Assembly (NCBI RefSeq): GCF_009914755.1
Contig: NC_060928.1
Source of the DNA: the human T2T-CHM13v2.0 reference genome, Homo sapiens
Reading direction: 5' to 3' (one strand)
Length of the DNA: 64,000 nucleotides
Under the pieces are notes generated by a model, which worked only from the letters and a program-made list of their open reading frames with translations, was not told the origin of the DNA and ran no database searches. Position numbers and translations under genes: made by a program. Numbering within the stretch: the stretch's first letter is position 1; every line of letters begins with the position of its first letter. Positions 1 to 13,800 of the stretch are shown piece by piece.

Positions 1-186
1 AATCTCATCTTTACCTTCAATTAAATACTAAAGATCATACAGTTGCTAAAACAACATTGCTACAGATACTGAAGTTCAGCTTCATTAATAATAGAAACAC
101 AAGTTAAAATTGATACGGCATTTTATATCACATTGAGCTAGGGAAAAACACTAATGATACCCACTGATAAGATTAGAGTGAGATTA

Positions 187-540
187 CCATATTTTAGTGA
201 TTCTTGGATGCATTTTTTTTTCACATTTTAACATATCTGAAATGAAGATGCATCTTAATCAAGAACATCATATGATTGTTTCTGGCCAGGTACTCTTAAG
301 AAATACTTTCTCATCAACATTCCTGATACACAGTGTGGAAAATTACAGACAACTCTGAGTCAAAAAATAACAGAAGAATTGAACATTGAAATGTGATGCT
401 TTAGAACTACCCTAACCATTTAAATTGACTTATTTTTTTCCTTTTAACATATGCCCAAGAGTGGTATGATAAAAATCTATGTCTACCTACATCTAAAAAG
501 ATCTTTTCTAGTAAGTATGAAAAACAAAAATTCTTAATAA
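187..540 (+). mobile_element. Degraded Tc2/mariner-type DNA transposon fragment (MER104/Kanga-like)
   Basis: CCATATTTTAGTGATTCTTGGATGCATTTTTTTTTCACATTTTAACATATCTGAAATGAAGATGCATCTTA resembles the MER104/Kanga terminal consensus as I recall it; right boundary approximate. Confidence 0.5.
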
Positions 541-992
541 GAAAACATTGTGTTGGTTTAACTAAGAGTTTTTCTTTTTTGGCAATTCATAAAATGATGG
601 CGTGCCATATGGTCAATGGTGTCTAGTAGACACTTATATAGTGCTGGTAGCATTATAAACTCCTTTAAAAAGCAATCTGGCCATATCAAAGGCAAAAAAA
701 AGTGTATATACCACCCTGGCACAAAAAACCCCAATGACCCTATTTCCAAGAATGTATCCAGATGAAAGTATCCAACAACAAAAAGCTATATACACAAAGA
801 TACATATGATATTGTTCAAGAGCAAACAAAAGAAAAAAAAGAAGACTATCAAAATACCCAGTAACAATAACCAGCTACAAAATTGATGGCACAGTAATTA
901 AATCAAGACAGTATAGTTAACATTAAAAGTTAAGAAAACTATTTAGAGAGTAAAAATGTTTATTTCATCATGCTAAGTAAAAACAAAACTAT

Positions 993-1412
993 GGTCTTTG
1001 CTGAGGGTCTTTAGAAGTTAGCACCATGGCAGAAGACATGAAGGTCAAAATTAAGAACTACAGGACTGTCCCATTTGACAGCCACTTTGTCAACTAGAAC
1101 CAGAACATGAACTGCTGGCAAAACTACCTGGACTTCTACCACTCCAAGACGGCAATGACTGCTAAAGGGGGTGATGTCTCTGTGTGCAAATGGTACTGGC
1201 ATGTGTGCAAGTCCCTCTGCCCCATATCCTTGGTCTTGACCTGGGACAAAGGCACGTTTCCTGGGAAAATCAGAACTGGCTCCACCCCACCTTTCCTCTG
1301 TTCTCCATCCTTCTCCCAGGGTGGTAAACGGGGACCTGGGTACATGATGATCCCTACCCTGGGTCCGTGAATCAGGACTTAACTAATAACAAAAACTTAC
1401 TGGAAAAGTGTA
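993..1412 (+). pseudogene. COX6B1P5: COX6B1 processed pseudogene (probably COX6B1P5)
   Basis: ATG at 1026 reads [81 protein letters not shown], colinear with COX6B1. It is intronless, has a premature TAG at 1095-1097, a short deletion before GTFPGKI and a lost stop (AGA). A-rich 3' end; flanking AAAACAAAACTAT / AAAAGAAAACTAT look like a target-site duplication. The P5 number is from recall. Confidence 0.93.
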
Positions 1413-1574
1413 AAGAAAAGAAAACTATATGCCTTACATTACTAAGCAAAAGAAAAATGGCAAAGGAATATTAATATTAGACAAAACAATATCAAGAGAA
1501 AAAGCATCACCAGGAATAGTCATTATGTAATGCTAAATGCTTTGATTCACTGCAATTTAAAACGACCAGGATAA

Positions 1575-1958
<384 letters not shown>

Positions 1959-1975
1959 TATGTGGAGAAATTTTC

Positions 1976-2029
1976 AAATCCACCATCGCAGTGGAAATTT
2001 TTAAATCCACCATCGCAGTGGAAATTTTT
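1976..2029. repeat. 27-bp perfect tandem duplication (2 copies)
   Basis: AAATCCACCATCGCAGTGGAAATTTTT at 1976-2002 and 2003-2029. Confidence 0.95.
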
Positions 2030-2089
2030 ACACAATTCTCAATAGATCAAGAAGACAAAAATCAGTAATGGGAGACCTTTCAAAAAACA

Positions 2090-2800
2090 AATCACAGATA
2101 CCACTTCACACCCGTTGGGATGGCTACTGTTTTAAAAACCACAGGAAATAACAAGTGTTGGCAAAGATGTGGAGAAACTGGAATTGTGCAGCTGTGAGAC
2201 ATATAAGACCATCATAGCAGTATGATCTATAGTAACAAAAACTGTAAATAACCTAAATGTCTGTCAATCTAACAGATAATTTCATTGTGGAATATCATAT
2301 AATGGAATACTAACTATACAAAAGAGAAAACTATGAATGAACTATATAGCTTTACGTGTATCAACATGAGTGAGTCTCAAAAACATATTAAGCCATTGAA
2401 AAAGCAAGCAAGTCATTGAAGGATACATACCTTCAATATACATGCCTTTGGTATACCACCACCAGTATAATAACAGCACATAAAGTTCAACGACATATAA
2501 AACTAAATACACAGTCTAGGAATATATATATATGTGTGTATGTGTGTGCGTAATAAAACTATACATAAAAGCAAGAAAATAATGAACAAATTAAGCATGG
2601 TAGTCACTCTTTGAGGATGAGAGAGGAATTATATTAGGAGGAGCATGTACCATTAAGTGTACACAGAGGATTTTAAAGCTATAAAGGCAATCCTGTGTTT
2701 GCTAAGATGAGTGAAAAAAAAATACAGAGGCGGTTTTATTTATTTTTTAACACTAGTATAAACATTACATATTCTTTTGTGTCTGAAAAATTATATACAT
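2090..2800 (+). mobile_element. Old L1 (L1M/L1ME-like) 3' end fragments
   Basis: ACCACTTCACACCC...GGATGGCTACT...AATAACAAGTGTTGGCAAAGATGTGGAGAAACTGGAA and the downstream L1ME-like 3' UTR motifs. Confidence 0.75.
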
Positions 2801-3002
2801 TTTTAAATTTCTGTGCACACTCATCAAAACTATCTGAAAAACATATTTATATGTGAACAAAAATTAGGAGATATAGAAATATACTTTATATTAAGGCAAT
2901 GAAATTGGGGTAATATTTTCCTCATGTTAACATTTTCTTTAATATCTTTTACAACAAGCATTTTTTTAAAAAGCATTTTTAACTACTATGGCAAATACCC
3001 AC

Positions 3003-3231
3003 CTGATCACTAAGCAAAAGCTGATTTCCTCCTTGATACAAAGTATCACAAAGCATGTCCACATCCTTATTCCGTTTGGACAGAAAGAAAGAATGTTCTT
3101 GAGCAGATACTGCCAACTGATCTTGTACTAAAGAAATATTCTGTTTCAATTTCTCAGCCACTTCCTCAAGGTTTCCATGAGTTAGAAACAATTCTTTTTT
3201 CTTATTCTCTCCCTCCAAAACTTGGTAAAGC
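3003..3231 (-). CDS. HAUS3: HAUS3 coding exon 3 (229 nt; ..LYQVLEGENKKKELFLTHGNLEEVAEKLKQNISLVQDQL...LLLSDQ)
   Basis: Acceptor TTTCAG|G at 3231, donor CAG|GTGGGT at 3003; frame continues from the previous exon (cumulative CDS 1578 nt); final coding exon lies outside the window. Confidence 0.95.
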
Positions 3232-3351
3232 CTGAAATGTAAAAATTAAAATTATAGGGAAAAATTATCAAGTCAGTATCATTTTCAAAATTACAATCCA
3301 CTGTATTGGGGCATTTGTGGGGATAGCTAAGTAACAACTTATAAAAATATT

Positions 3352-3686
<335 letters not shown>

Positions 3687-3943
3687 TTGTGTGCCTGCAA
3701 AAATCAAGCAACTGAAACCATTCTAACTGTAATACTATTTCAGTACAGAAATATATATTCTAACTACTACATTAGATAAACAGTCTATTACTGAATTCCC
3801 AGTTTCCCCACCATCCAAGTTTTAGATATAAAACTCTTCTTAACTTTAACTGCCACTAACGTACTTCAAAGTGCACTTCAGAGATAACCTCCAAAGAAAA
3901 CACATGTCTCATAGAATATAACTATGATGTAGTAGAAACAACA

Positions 3944-4213
3944 GGCTATGGCTCATGCCTGTAATCCCAGTATTGTGGGAGGGTTACTTGAGCCCAGGAG
4001 TTCAAGACCAGACTTGGCAACATATTGAAGCCCCATCTCTACAAATTTTTTTTTTTTTTAATTAGCCAGGCATGGTGGCACGTGCCTGTAGTCCTAACTA
4101 CTCAGGAAGTTGAGGCAGGAGGATCACTTGAGCCCAGGAGCTGGAGGTTGCAGTGAGCTATCATCACATCACTGCACTCCTACCTAGGCAAGAGAGTGAG
4201 ACCTTGTCTTAAA
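3944..4213 (+). mobile_element. AluJ-like element
   Basis: Alu consensus with GAGCCCAGGAGTTCAAGACCAG and GGAGGATCACTTGAGCCCAGG J-type features. Confidence 0.9.
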
Positions 4214-4335
4214 AGGAAAGAAAGGGAAGGAAAGGAAGGGAAAGAAGAGAGAAAGAGAGAGAAAGGGAGAGGAAGGAAGGGAAAGGAAGGAAAGGAAGGA
4301 GGGAAGGAAGGAAAAAACAAGCAAGCAAGCAAGCA
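4211..4335. repeat. GA-rich (GGAA/GAAA/GCAA)n low-complexity tract
   Basis: Purine-rich repeats directly after the Alu tail. Confidence 0.9.
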
Positions 4336-4349
4336 ATGAATTTGAAACG

Positions 4350-4500
4350 GAAGACCTAGATCTAGGTCTGAGTTTTCTGTTATGTGAAAGCTAGGGCAAA
4401 TCAATCTCTGAGACTTATTTCCACATCTTAACTACTACACATCTTAACCTACCTATATTACAGGATTGTGGTGGGATTAAAAGAGAAAAACTAAAATTGT
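4350..4500 (+). mobile_element. MIR fragment
   Basis: GGGCAAATCAATCTCTGAGACTTATTTCCACATCT...CAGGATTGTGGTGGGATTAAAAGAG resembles the MIR core. Confidence 0.6.
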
Positions 4501-5378
4501 AAACCATGTAAAATATAAAAATAAATGTAAAATTTAAACAATGTAAAATGTAAATAGTTACATAAATAGCTATAATAGTAAACTTTTGCTCAGAATTTTT
4601 TAAATAGTTATTTTATCAAGTTGTAACAGACTTCCTAAAACTGGTTCAATCCCAAAGCTGCCAATTAGTCTTATAGATGTAACTACACAATTCCAGGGGT
4701 ATCATTCACATAGATCATAATGTCAGTGGTACCCCCTGAAATTGTGCAATGAGGCAACCCTATCCAGGCCCCTCATTTTATTAATAAGAAAACAAAAAGA
4801 TTAGATGCTTTTACCCTAGTCCTGGAGAAAAATGAGGAGTAGGAGACAGATTTTTGAGGTCTTAAGACTACTTTAGCCCTCCAATTTTCAGTATCCCTCT
4901 GCCATCAATTGCTCAGACATCCAGATGAAGCCTGGGAGCTGGCATTCATTCTCAATGATTCTCCTGACTACACACAAAAATGAAGTCTTCTCCCCTCTCT
5001 ACTGCTACCTTCTCCAAATGCAGTCAGTCCCCTGCCCAGCAACACCTACTATGCTGAGCTGTATTCAAACTTCCTGCCCCAAATCTAAAATAAGGTATAT
5101 AAATAATGATGCCTAAAGGGGAATAAACCCATTCATTCCTCCAACTCATCCACTTAAGCTATAAAGTAGCTATTTTCAGATCTAACATAAATGGAAAAGG
5201 CAGCAAAAAAACTAAAAATGAAAAAAAAAAGGCATATGAAAATGGAAAAAAAATAGAAAGGCCAAAAGTGAAATGCAAAGAATTGTTAAAAACTTCCAAA
5301 ATTTTAGCTCAAACTCTCTCTAGTATTTCGCAAAAACAAAAGGAAATATTTACTAAAGAAACAATGAAGCATACGTAC

Positions 5379-5818
5379 CTATGAGTAGAATAATCCTTAG
5401 TATCAATGGTATTCCTTGGATTTATCTGTTGAGAAACTGATGGATCTGTTAACATTTCTAATTGCTTGTAGAGCATCATGTTACTTTGACTAAGTTCTTG
5501 AACCAAATTTTCAAGTTGACGATATATGTCCCGATGCTTTCTTAATTCAATTTCATATGATAACTGTAGAAGTTCAAATGATGCCTTTTGTTTTATTAAT
5601 TGATTTAAAACTAACTCTTGTCTTGCTGTATAATAATCTTGTTTAGCAATCTGCAGATCAAAATCTCCCTTTACCACTGGCATATTCAATAACTGGGCAT
5701 TCTCTCTTACCACAGCAGGTAAACTTCTGTCTTTTATTTGAGTGACCTCTTTTTCAAGTTTCATAATCTCACTGGTCAAGCTAGAAATTTTAGCATCCAA
5801 ATTTTCTTTGTCCACAGC
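5379..5818 (-). CDS. HAUS3: HAUS3 coding exon 2 (440 nt; AVDKENLDAKISSLTSEIMKLEKE...TIDTKDYSTHR)
   Basis: Acceptor TTTGTATAG|G at 5818, donor TAG|GTACGT at 5379; matches ORF 5309..5815; coiled-coil augmin sequence. Confidence 0.96.
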
Positions 5819-6812
5819 CTATACAAAGAAAAGCAATTACATTTCAAACTGTATGCCTAAATTTGAAATCATCTTAAGATTATTTTCACTTTCCACTTTA
5901 GGTGACCAGATAATAAGCTCAATGAATGAAAACTAATTTAATATTCATATAAACAAAAATTACAGTTTAAAAGGGAAAAATGTGGACTAAGTCAAGGGTA
6001 TGAATTACTAAATTTTACTGCTATTACTACCATATATATAGTAACGGCTACCAAAATAGAGATCTTATTATACTTCTTTTAATCAGAATCATTATTAATA
6101 GGACACTATTCACTGAATCCAAGTATATGTTACTAGTTTTTCTTAAGTTAAAATTACTTCAATAGGTCCTAGTTGGCCAGTTGATTTTAGCACTTCTACG
6201 TAATTATTGGATTTCCTATATCATTCAAATGTTTTGTCAGCTATAGAAACTAACTTGGTGCTGATATTCTGATTCAGAAAAGTTACATTTTTACTCAAGT
6301 ATCTAGCAGTTATATTACCAAGAAAACAAGCTCTCCAAGAGTGCAGACAGACATCTGCAATACATCTATCCATATATTCTCAAAAAGAAATCAGTTTCAG
6401 TCTACTGAACCTGGACCTCTGACTTCATTAGCACTATGCTCTGGTTGGAGCAAACGAGGCAGAATACCCATAATAAAGCAATTAGTTTCTAGCCACATCT
6501 TAAAAAGAAAATCTCAGTCCAGTCTGTATCTGCATTACACAAATTTAAAATTCGGAATGCAAATTAAAGCACTTTTGTTTAAAATAAATTAGATAATGTG
6601 GTAGAGATTATAATTACTATTGCTGCCCTCCATTAACGTATGGAACTATTTGTATGAAACATTGACACAGATCACAAATAAGCACTGAACAAAGAAAATA
6701 AAATGTAATCTCTTCTCAGATGCACCATTCTAAAGTACTTTAACAGCAATATTATCTCCTCTATTCCTAACAATAATTACAATGTGAATCCAATCTCATT
6801 TCTTATGCTTAC

Positions 6813-7721
6813 CTTGCTGGTTAGGCTGTGAAGACTCTCCTCTGCCCATTTTATACTTGACTTCATGCTCGAATTACTTGCTTTTAAGTGAATTAACTGA
6901 TGTTGAGCACAAATGTATGCGAGCTGCAGTCTAGCCATCTCTAGTCGTCTCTCCTCAAGGATTTCTTGATTATCACAAATAGATGGTGTCTGTATATCTA
7001 AAAGTTGAAAATTGTCTTCATTTGAACTTTCAACTACTTCATGTATACCCTGAAAGAACTGTTTTTTGGTATACAAAGTTAATGCTGCTGTGCTTTGCTC
7101 TTCCTGACTTAGGTATTTTTCCAAGGAAAATTGCGATAAAAATACCAGTGGATTTGTCCCTTGACCTAAATTAGAATGTCTGAAGAACATCATCAATTGT
7201 GTAACTTCATCAGTAAGAGCCTGAAGTTCATTACTGATCTTAGTGATCATTGCATTTAGAATTCCTTGACTCTGCTTCAGCTTTTTAGTGGCTTCTTCTT
7301 CTTTAGCATTTAACCTCAGAGATTTGTGGCTAGTTACTGAAGCCATCAATTGACATTTATTACGTCGCTGAATTTTTAGGTTCTTTAATTTCAGTAGAGT
7401 TTGAACCTCATCCTCTAATTTCTCCAGCTCTTTATCATCCAGTCTAGGTGTCTTCAAATCAGAAGTTTTACACGTTTTAAGAGCTTCATCCAATGCCGCC
7501 CCTTCTAGAATAGGCTTGCCTGATTTCTGAAGAATGCTAAAAGCTTCCAATTCTCTTTCAGACAACACGTTCTGTTCATTCACATTCCCACAAAACCACT
7601 TCAGAAACGATTCATCTTCAACGCCCTCAAACAACCAGTCAAAGTCTTCTCCATTAAGATTATCAGCTTTGGGATAACCAATTTTTTTTAATGTTTCCAC
7701 AAACTCATTTCCACAACTCAT
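6813..7721 (-). CDS. HAUS3: HAUS3 coding exon 1 (909 nt; MSCGNEFVETLKKIGYPKADNLNGEDFDWLF...SLTSK), HAUS augmin-like complex subunit 3
   Basis: ATG at 7721 (AACCATGA context), 303 codons to donor AAG|GTAAGC at 6813; recognised HAUS3 N-terminus. Confidence 0.97.
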
Positions 7722-7868
7722 GGTTTTAACTACCCCAATTTTGTTGTATCTGATATGGGTTTACGGTGTTGATTTTTAGAAAATAAATCCAAGCAGAAAA
7801 AAAGCTACGTTTTATACCAAGTCCACAGAGAAGGGAAAATATATTTTTAGAATCTATAATGATTCCTC
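7722..7868 (-). other. HAUS3: HAUS3 5'UTR part of the first coding exon
   Basis: Acceptor TTGTTTTCTTCCCCCCTAG|GAGG at 7868. Confidence 0.8.
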
Positions 7869-8294
7869 CTAGGGGGGAAGAAAACAAGTATTAGACCACA
7901 AATATGACGACAGTGTTTTTAAAAAGAAGACACAGACAAATATCACATGATATCCGAGAGCGGGATAAATGACAGGTAGTCGTAGCTGCAATGTTTGATG
8001 ATGATAAAGAGAAACAGAAACAATTAGGCTAGTTCTCAGAAAACCGCAACAGTAACGAAAAGTAATTAACAAGAAAGTGGATCTATTTGGATCCATTTTA
8101 TCTTTTTTTCCAAAGATAAAATGGTTTAAAATGCATTACACTTTATAGAGCAGCATTTGTTTTTAATTCAAAATAAATGGATCCAAACAAACCCAAGCCA
8201 CCAGGAGGCTAGGCAGCCTCTCTTCCCTGCCCTCCGTACGTAAGAAGACGCAAATAAGCATGGCACATCTTCTGAAGATCAACTAAATATTTAC

Positions 8295-8565
8295 CTCAAC
8301 GTCTCGCCGGGCAAGGCTCCACCTCCAGAGTCCACCACCGCGACGCGGAGAACAGCAGGAGCAGCAGGGAAGCGCGCGGCCACAATTAAGGGTGCTTCGG
8401 GCCGGCCTTCAGCCAGCGCTGAGGCAGCCCCGACGCCAGGGCCGCGCGAACCCCAGAGGCAGCGGCAAGCCCCAGGGATCCGCGGCCCCAAGGCCGCGAT
8501 ACACCAGACGCGCCAGCGGCAAAACCTTCCTTCGGAGGGTCACCCAGCTGTGACACCTAAGCACG
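8295..8565 (-). other. HAUS3: Non-coding 5' exon of HAUS3/POLN (acceptor uncertain: 8565, 8612 or 8707)
   Basis: Donor GAG|GTAAAT at 8295; candidate acceptors TTTTGTCAG| (8565), TTCTGCAG| (8612), CCTTCCAG| (8707). Confidence 0.6.
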
Positions 8566-9420
8566 CTGACAAAACAAACGCACAAGCCCACCGAATCGCC
8601 GTCGACACCGAGCTGCAGAAGACGGGGGTGACAGGCCCCGCACAGCCCCCGCCCCAGCTCCTCGCCCAGCGGACCGGGCCCTGATCCCCGGGCAGCTGCT
8701 GGAGCACCTGGAAGGAGCCCCCAGGAGCGCAGGAAAAAAAAGAGGCACCTGGGTGCAGACGGGGATCGCGGCCACTCCTCCAGCCCCACACCCCTGCGCC
8801 CAGAACCGAGGCCCGCGTCAGTCACCTCAGGAAGTTCCGCTTGCTTCTCGCAGGAGCCCGCCGCCACCGCCCTCCGTGCCCCGCGCGCCTCGCACTGCCT
8901 CACGGGAGCGCCTGGACGCGCGCAAGCGCACAAGGCGACGGCGTGGTCGTGGGGGATGACTGTTTGCGCAGGCGTAGTGTCAAAAGAGGCGGAGTCGGCG
9001 AGGCTGGACTATGGGGTGGAGCTGAGCAGGCGGCGCTCGGCCCCCGGCCGCTGCGGGCATCCTGCCTCCTGGGCGGGGCGCAGGGCAGAGAGAGGCGGGG
9101 TCTGGGCCGGGAAGGGCGGGGACAGGGCCTGGACAGGGGCGGGGCCTGGGCAGGGGGCGGAGCCTGGGCAATGAATGGGGTGCAGAGGGGTGCAGAGGGG
9201 TGCGGTGGGGCGCCCTCTGGGGAGCTGAAGCTGCGGGCCTGCTCTCAACGGAGCCGTCAGTTGTGCTTCAGGCCTGCCCTGCCCCGTACTTCAATCTAGA
9301 CCCTCTGAAGGCACTTTTGAATGGTACAAAGAGCAGCGCAGGTTGGTGGTTGGGAGACAGGCTGGAGCCCGGCGGTGATAGCGCTCGCCCCCGAGAGAGA
9401 CGAGTTCCCGGAACATTCAC
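8300..9420. promoter_or_regulatory. CpG island promoter of HAUS3/POLN
   Basis: Dense CpG; ETS-like CAGGAAGTTCCG (~8828), NRF1-like TGCGCAGGCGTA (8965-8976), several GGGCGG boxes at 9070-9160. Confidence 0.9.
8826..8900 (-). other. POLN: First non-coding exon shared by HAUS3 and POLN (TSS approximate)
   Basis: Donor GAG|GTGACT at 8826 inside the CpG island; the shared first exon of POLN/HAUS3 is established knowledge; POLN coding exons are outside the window. Confidence 0.65.
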
Positions 9421-9518
9421 AGCAGCCCGACCAATGCCTGGTACATTTTAAGGGTTAGGGATTGTTCGCTTAGAGTCTTTTACAATGAACTTTATTTTGC
9501 AAAAACACTTAATTTCTA

Positions 9519-10022
<504 letters not shown>

Positions 10023-10652
10023 TCATGTGAATCTGGCTGATGCCCTACAGCCCAGTGAAACCAGACCTCTCTATTGGACAGAATTCGTTTGCATCTCTAC
10101 CAAACAAAAATCCTTTGCCACTCCTCAGTCTTCCACAGGTTAGCAGGGGCTTTGGTCATGGGTAAATATAATAGTACTCCCTCCCTTCAGCGTCAAATGA
10201 CCCTAAAGGTGGCTTGTTAGACAATGTCCTAGTCCAGGGTGACTAGGTAGAAGTCGTTTGGATAGTTTTTCTTAATATTTTTAAGGAGAGAAATAAGAAT
10301 GTTCTAAGGCAAATATTGTAATCTGATCGAGTCAAAGATATTTCCTATTCATTCTTCACTTGTTTCACGTTTTTTTCCTCCTCTTTTAAAAGTCAATAAG
10401 GCCTAAAATGATCTGAAAAACAAACATGATGGGAAAAAATTCAAAGAGTGGTGCCCAATCTGCAGGCAAGGAAACCAGGGATGCTGGAACGGGGAGGCCT
10501 GGTGGGAGGACCCTTGCAGCCCAGGGTTGGAGGTTGGGGGTGTGCATCAGGGGGCAGAGTTGAGCCAGTTTGGACAGGAGGAAGTGGGAGCTGTGCAGGC
10601 AATGCCTTCCAGAAATGTTGCTGATGAGGCAAAGACTGGGTGGGAGGAGTGT

Positions 10653-10878
10653 GACACAGAGAGAGAGATACAGAGAGACAGAGAGAGACAGAAACAGAGA
10701 GACAGAGACAGAGAGACAGAGACAGAGAGACACAGAGAGACAGAGACAGAGAGACAGAGACACAGAGACAGAGACAGAGAGACAGAGACACAGAGAGACA
10801 GATAGAGACAGAGACAGACAGAGAGACAGAGACAGACAGAGACACAGAGAGAGAGAGAGAGGAGAAAGACAGAGAGCG
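10653..10878. repeat. Compound (GA)n/(GACA)n/(GAGACA)n microsatellite
   Basis: ~225 bp of GAGACAGAGAGACA-type repeats. Confidence 0.95.
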
Positions 10879-13800
10879 AGCATGCAAAACAACACAAGCT
10901 GAGGGGGTGGGAATGCAGGGCTGAGGGGAGGATTTTTTATTTTGTTTTGTTTGAAAATGAGAGGAACTCGGGGATATTTATAGACTGCAAGGAGGAACTC
11001 TGAGGAGACAGCATTAAAGACGGCAGAAAGACAAGGGGCTCCTTTATAGAAAGAGATCCCTGGAGGGCAGGAGGGGTGCACTCCAGAGCCCTGGAGGCCG
11101 TTCTAGAAACCCACTTTCCTAGTGACTCCTGGGTGGTTTCTTGGGCCACAAATTAATTCTCCATCTGATTTTGAATTGCTGACCATAGTTATTTGTTGGA
11201 AAGGTGTTTATGAGACCATAAAAGCCATAAAACCATTAAGTAAAAATTACAACAGTATCAGCCCCTGGAGTACAAATGACAAACACAATAGGTTTAACTA
11301 TACAGATGTGGAAAGTTTTCTTCAGCTTGCCTTGGGAATTTAAGAAAGCAAGTATGTTACGTGTATTTCCAGGGTAAGCTTTCTTTTCAGCAGTCAAAAT
11401 TATTTGGAGTTTTAGTAAGGTCAAAAGATAAATGGAACCCAGGAATTAATCCTCCCTGAAAAAGCCCATGAGAATATAATGGACTAAACAGACCTAAAGA
11501 CAGAGCTGTGAGGATCAAGTGTTTTTGCTGTTTGCTTTTTCTCCTTCCTGTGGAAGCGATTTTCTCCTATTAGTATTAAAAAATATTTTAGGTTTTGGAC
11601 AGTATCTTTTCTGACTGTTTTTAAACTTTAGAAGTAACAGTCAGATGCTAAAGATTATTTCTTTTAGATGTAGTTTTCCATGAATTTTGTGGGACTCTAT
11701 TCTGCAAGCAATGGAGAATGGGGGCTGTTTTCAAGCAGGAGAGTGAATTCTCAGATGTGTGTTAGAAGCATAATTCTGCAAGATGAAAAATGACAAAAGG
11801 TGGTAAGAGACAAGATACAGGACCACTCTTGCAGCATGTAGGAGAGGAGGAGAGAGCTGGACAGAGAGAGCTGCAGGAGCTGGCAAAGCCTGGGGCCTGA
11901 TGACTAGCCTGGGTCCGAGACACTCCGGGGTTTCCAGCTGAGTAGGGAGTGGCATTTCTTCCTATTCTTCCCACTAATCCTTCCTGTTAAGAAGAAAGTA
12001 GAAGACTATAGGGTTGGGAAAGAGTTTGTTTTCCATCCTGTTGACATTCATGTGACAAAGCGAGAACTCAGTCCCCAGACTCAGGAGCAGGTTTGGGTCA
12101 GCACAAGCCCAAAGGAGGTGACAGAGTTCATTCACCAAGGTGGCCACGTGGAGAGGGCCTTTGAAGTGGGGAGGAATGGGAACCACAAGGGCTGGCAGCA
12201 GAGCCTGGGACTGGTGGGGTGTCAGAAAGGGCCTCAGGACAGGAAGAGGAGTTGTGAACCCCTGAGGCTCAGCAGGCCAGTGGCATAACCATTTACATTC
12301 TAGAAAGATCCCCATGAGGCCAGTGTGTACAGGGCTGACCTGGCCAAGGACTAGGAAAGGAGGAAGGAGCAATGCGAGAAGGCCCTGTGGCGATTAGCCC
12401 AGATGATTCCAGCGCCTAATTTGGGTGACCATAATCTCAGCAAAAATGTGGTGGGAAGGGATATAGGGGGCTCAGGGCCCACTTCCCAGAGGAGGCTGTG
12501 CCTGAGCTGGTGAATGCAGGGAGCAGGTGGGAGTGGGGGCTGAAGCCAGGGCAGGGGTGGGCCGGACTGAGCTGAAGGACAAAACGCGGTGTTTCAGTTT
12601 AATCTGGAGGCCATGGGGACCCAGAGGAGGACTTTAGGGAGGTGAGCAAGGAGACCTTTAAGGTCATTCAGGCTGCCAAGAAGAGGGTGGGTAGGAGGCT
12701 GCAGGCAGGGTCCTACTTGGAGGGGGACTTGCTGTAACCCAACAAGCACAAAGATGGAAAACAGAGATGGACTCTGCTGGGAGAATCAAGGGCTTCCCAA
12801 AGGACAGGGGTCCTGTCCCAGGTATCCCACCCGCCAGCCTGGTGAGCAGGGGAGGGGTGCGTCTCCAAATCTCAGTGTGCCACCTGTGAGAAGGGCCCAG
12901 CATGATGGTACCAGGCACCAATCATACATGGAACTGGGCACAGCCCCTGGCACCTGCATGCCCTCGATAGAAAACGGTAGTGGTGATCCCAAATCCTAAT
13001 ATTTGGGATTTAAATGTCCACATTTACATGAATGGCCAAATCCTGGTGTCTCTGAGGCCCCAGCCACATTCCCAGGAGGAACTGCTTTCTTTCCTGGGGT
13101 GCCCCCGCTAATGGCCTCGAGGGCCCTGGGGCCCACACAGGTTCAACGATCCGGACTCTGCTGCTGGGGGTTAGGGGAGCTCAGATTCCTCCCTGAGGCC
13201 CCCAGCAGTTACCCTCCATGGCCACCCCACAACCTGCTGGCGGGTCCCACTGGGCCACCTCCAGTGCATAGCTGCCGTGTGCACAGTGTGGCGACCTCAC
13301 ACTCAGGACCCCCCGTATGACCACCCAGCTCCATCAATTCTCCAGCACTCAAGGCAGGCATGTCCTCTCTCAGCTGCCCACTGCTGGGGCCCCCAGGACT
13401 CCTCCCTGTGCACCAGGGTAGCTGGGCCCACACCCCCACCAACCCCGGCCCTCGGCAGATCAGAGGTCTCTGCTTCCAAGGGGGTTCCCTCCAAAAGGCC
13501 TCCCTGTGGGGGAGCGGGCAGCCAGCCTGGCTTGCTTGGGTGAGAACAAGGCCTCTTCTCCCCACTGCGTGAAGTCTCATCGCCTCACAACCACCCCGTG
13601 ATGGGCACGACAGGAGCCTGTGTCTCCGTGGTCACCACCAGCACAAGGGGACAGCTGGCTACACCATCTCGCTTCACCTCAGCACGGCAGGTCCCCATGA
13701 CAGGAAGCAGAAGCCGTGCCCAGGTAGTTCTGGGAACAGGTACAGAGCGATTCTCACAGTGCAGCTCTGAGAGCCAGCAGCCTCTGTGCAGAGGGCTCCT

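Noticed and set aside
1976-2029. Short direct repeats as a CRISPR-like array
   Set aside because: Only two adjacent copies, no spacers, mammalian context
10386-11081. ORFs with SLSLCL / RDRETE repeats
   Set aside because: Translation of the GA/GACA microsatellite
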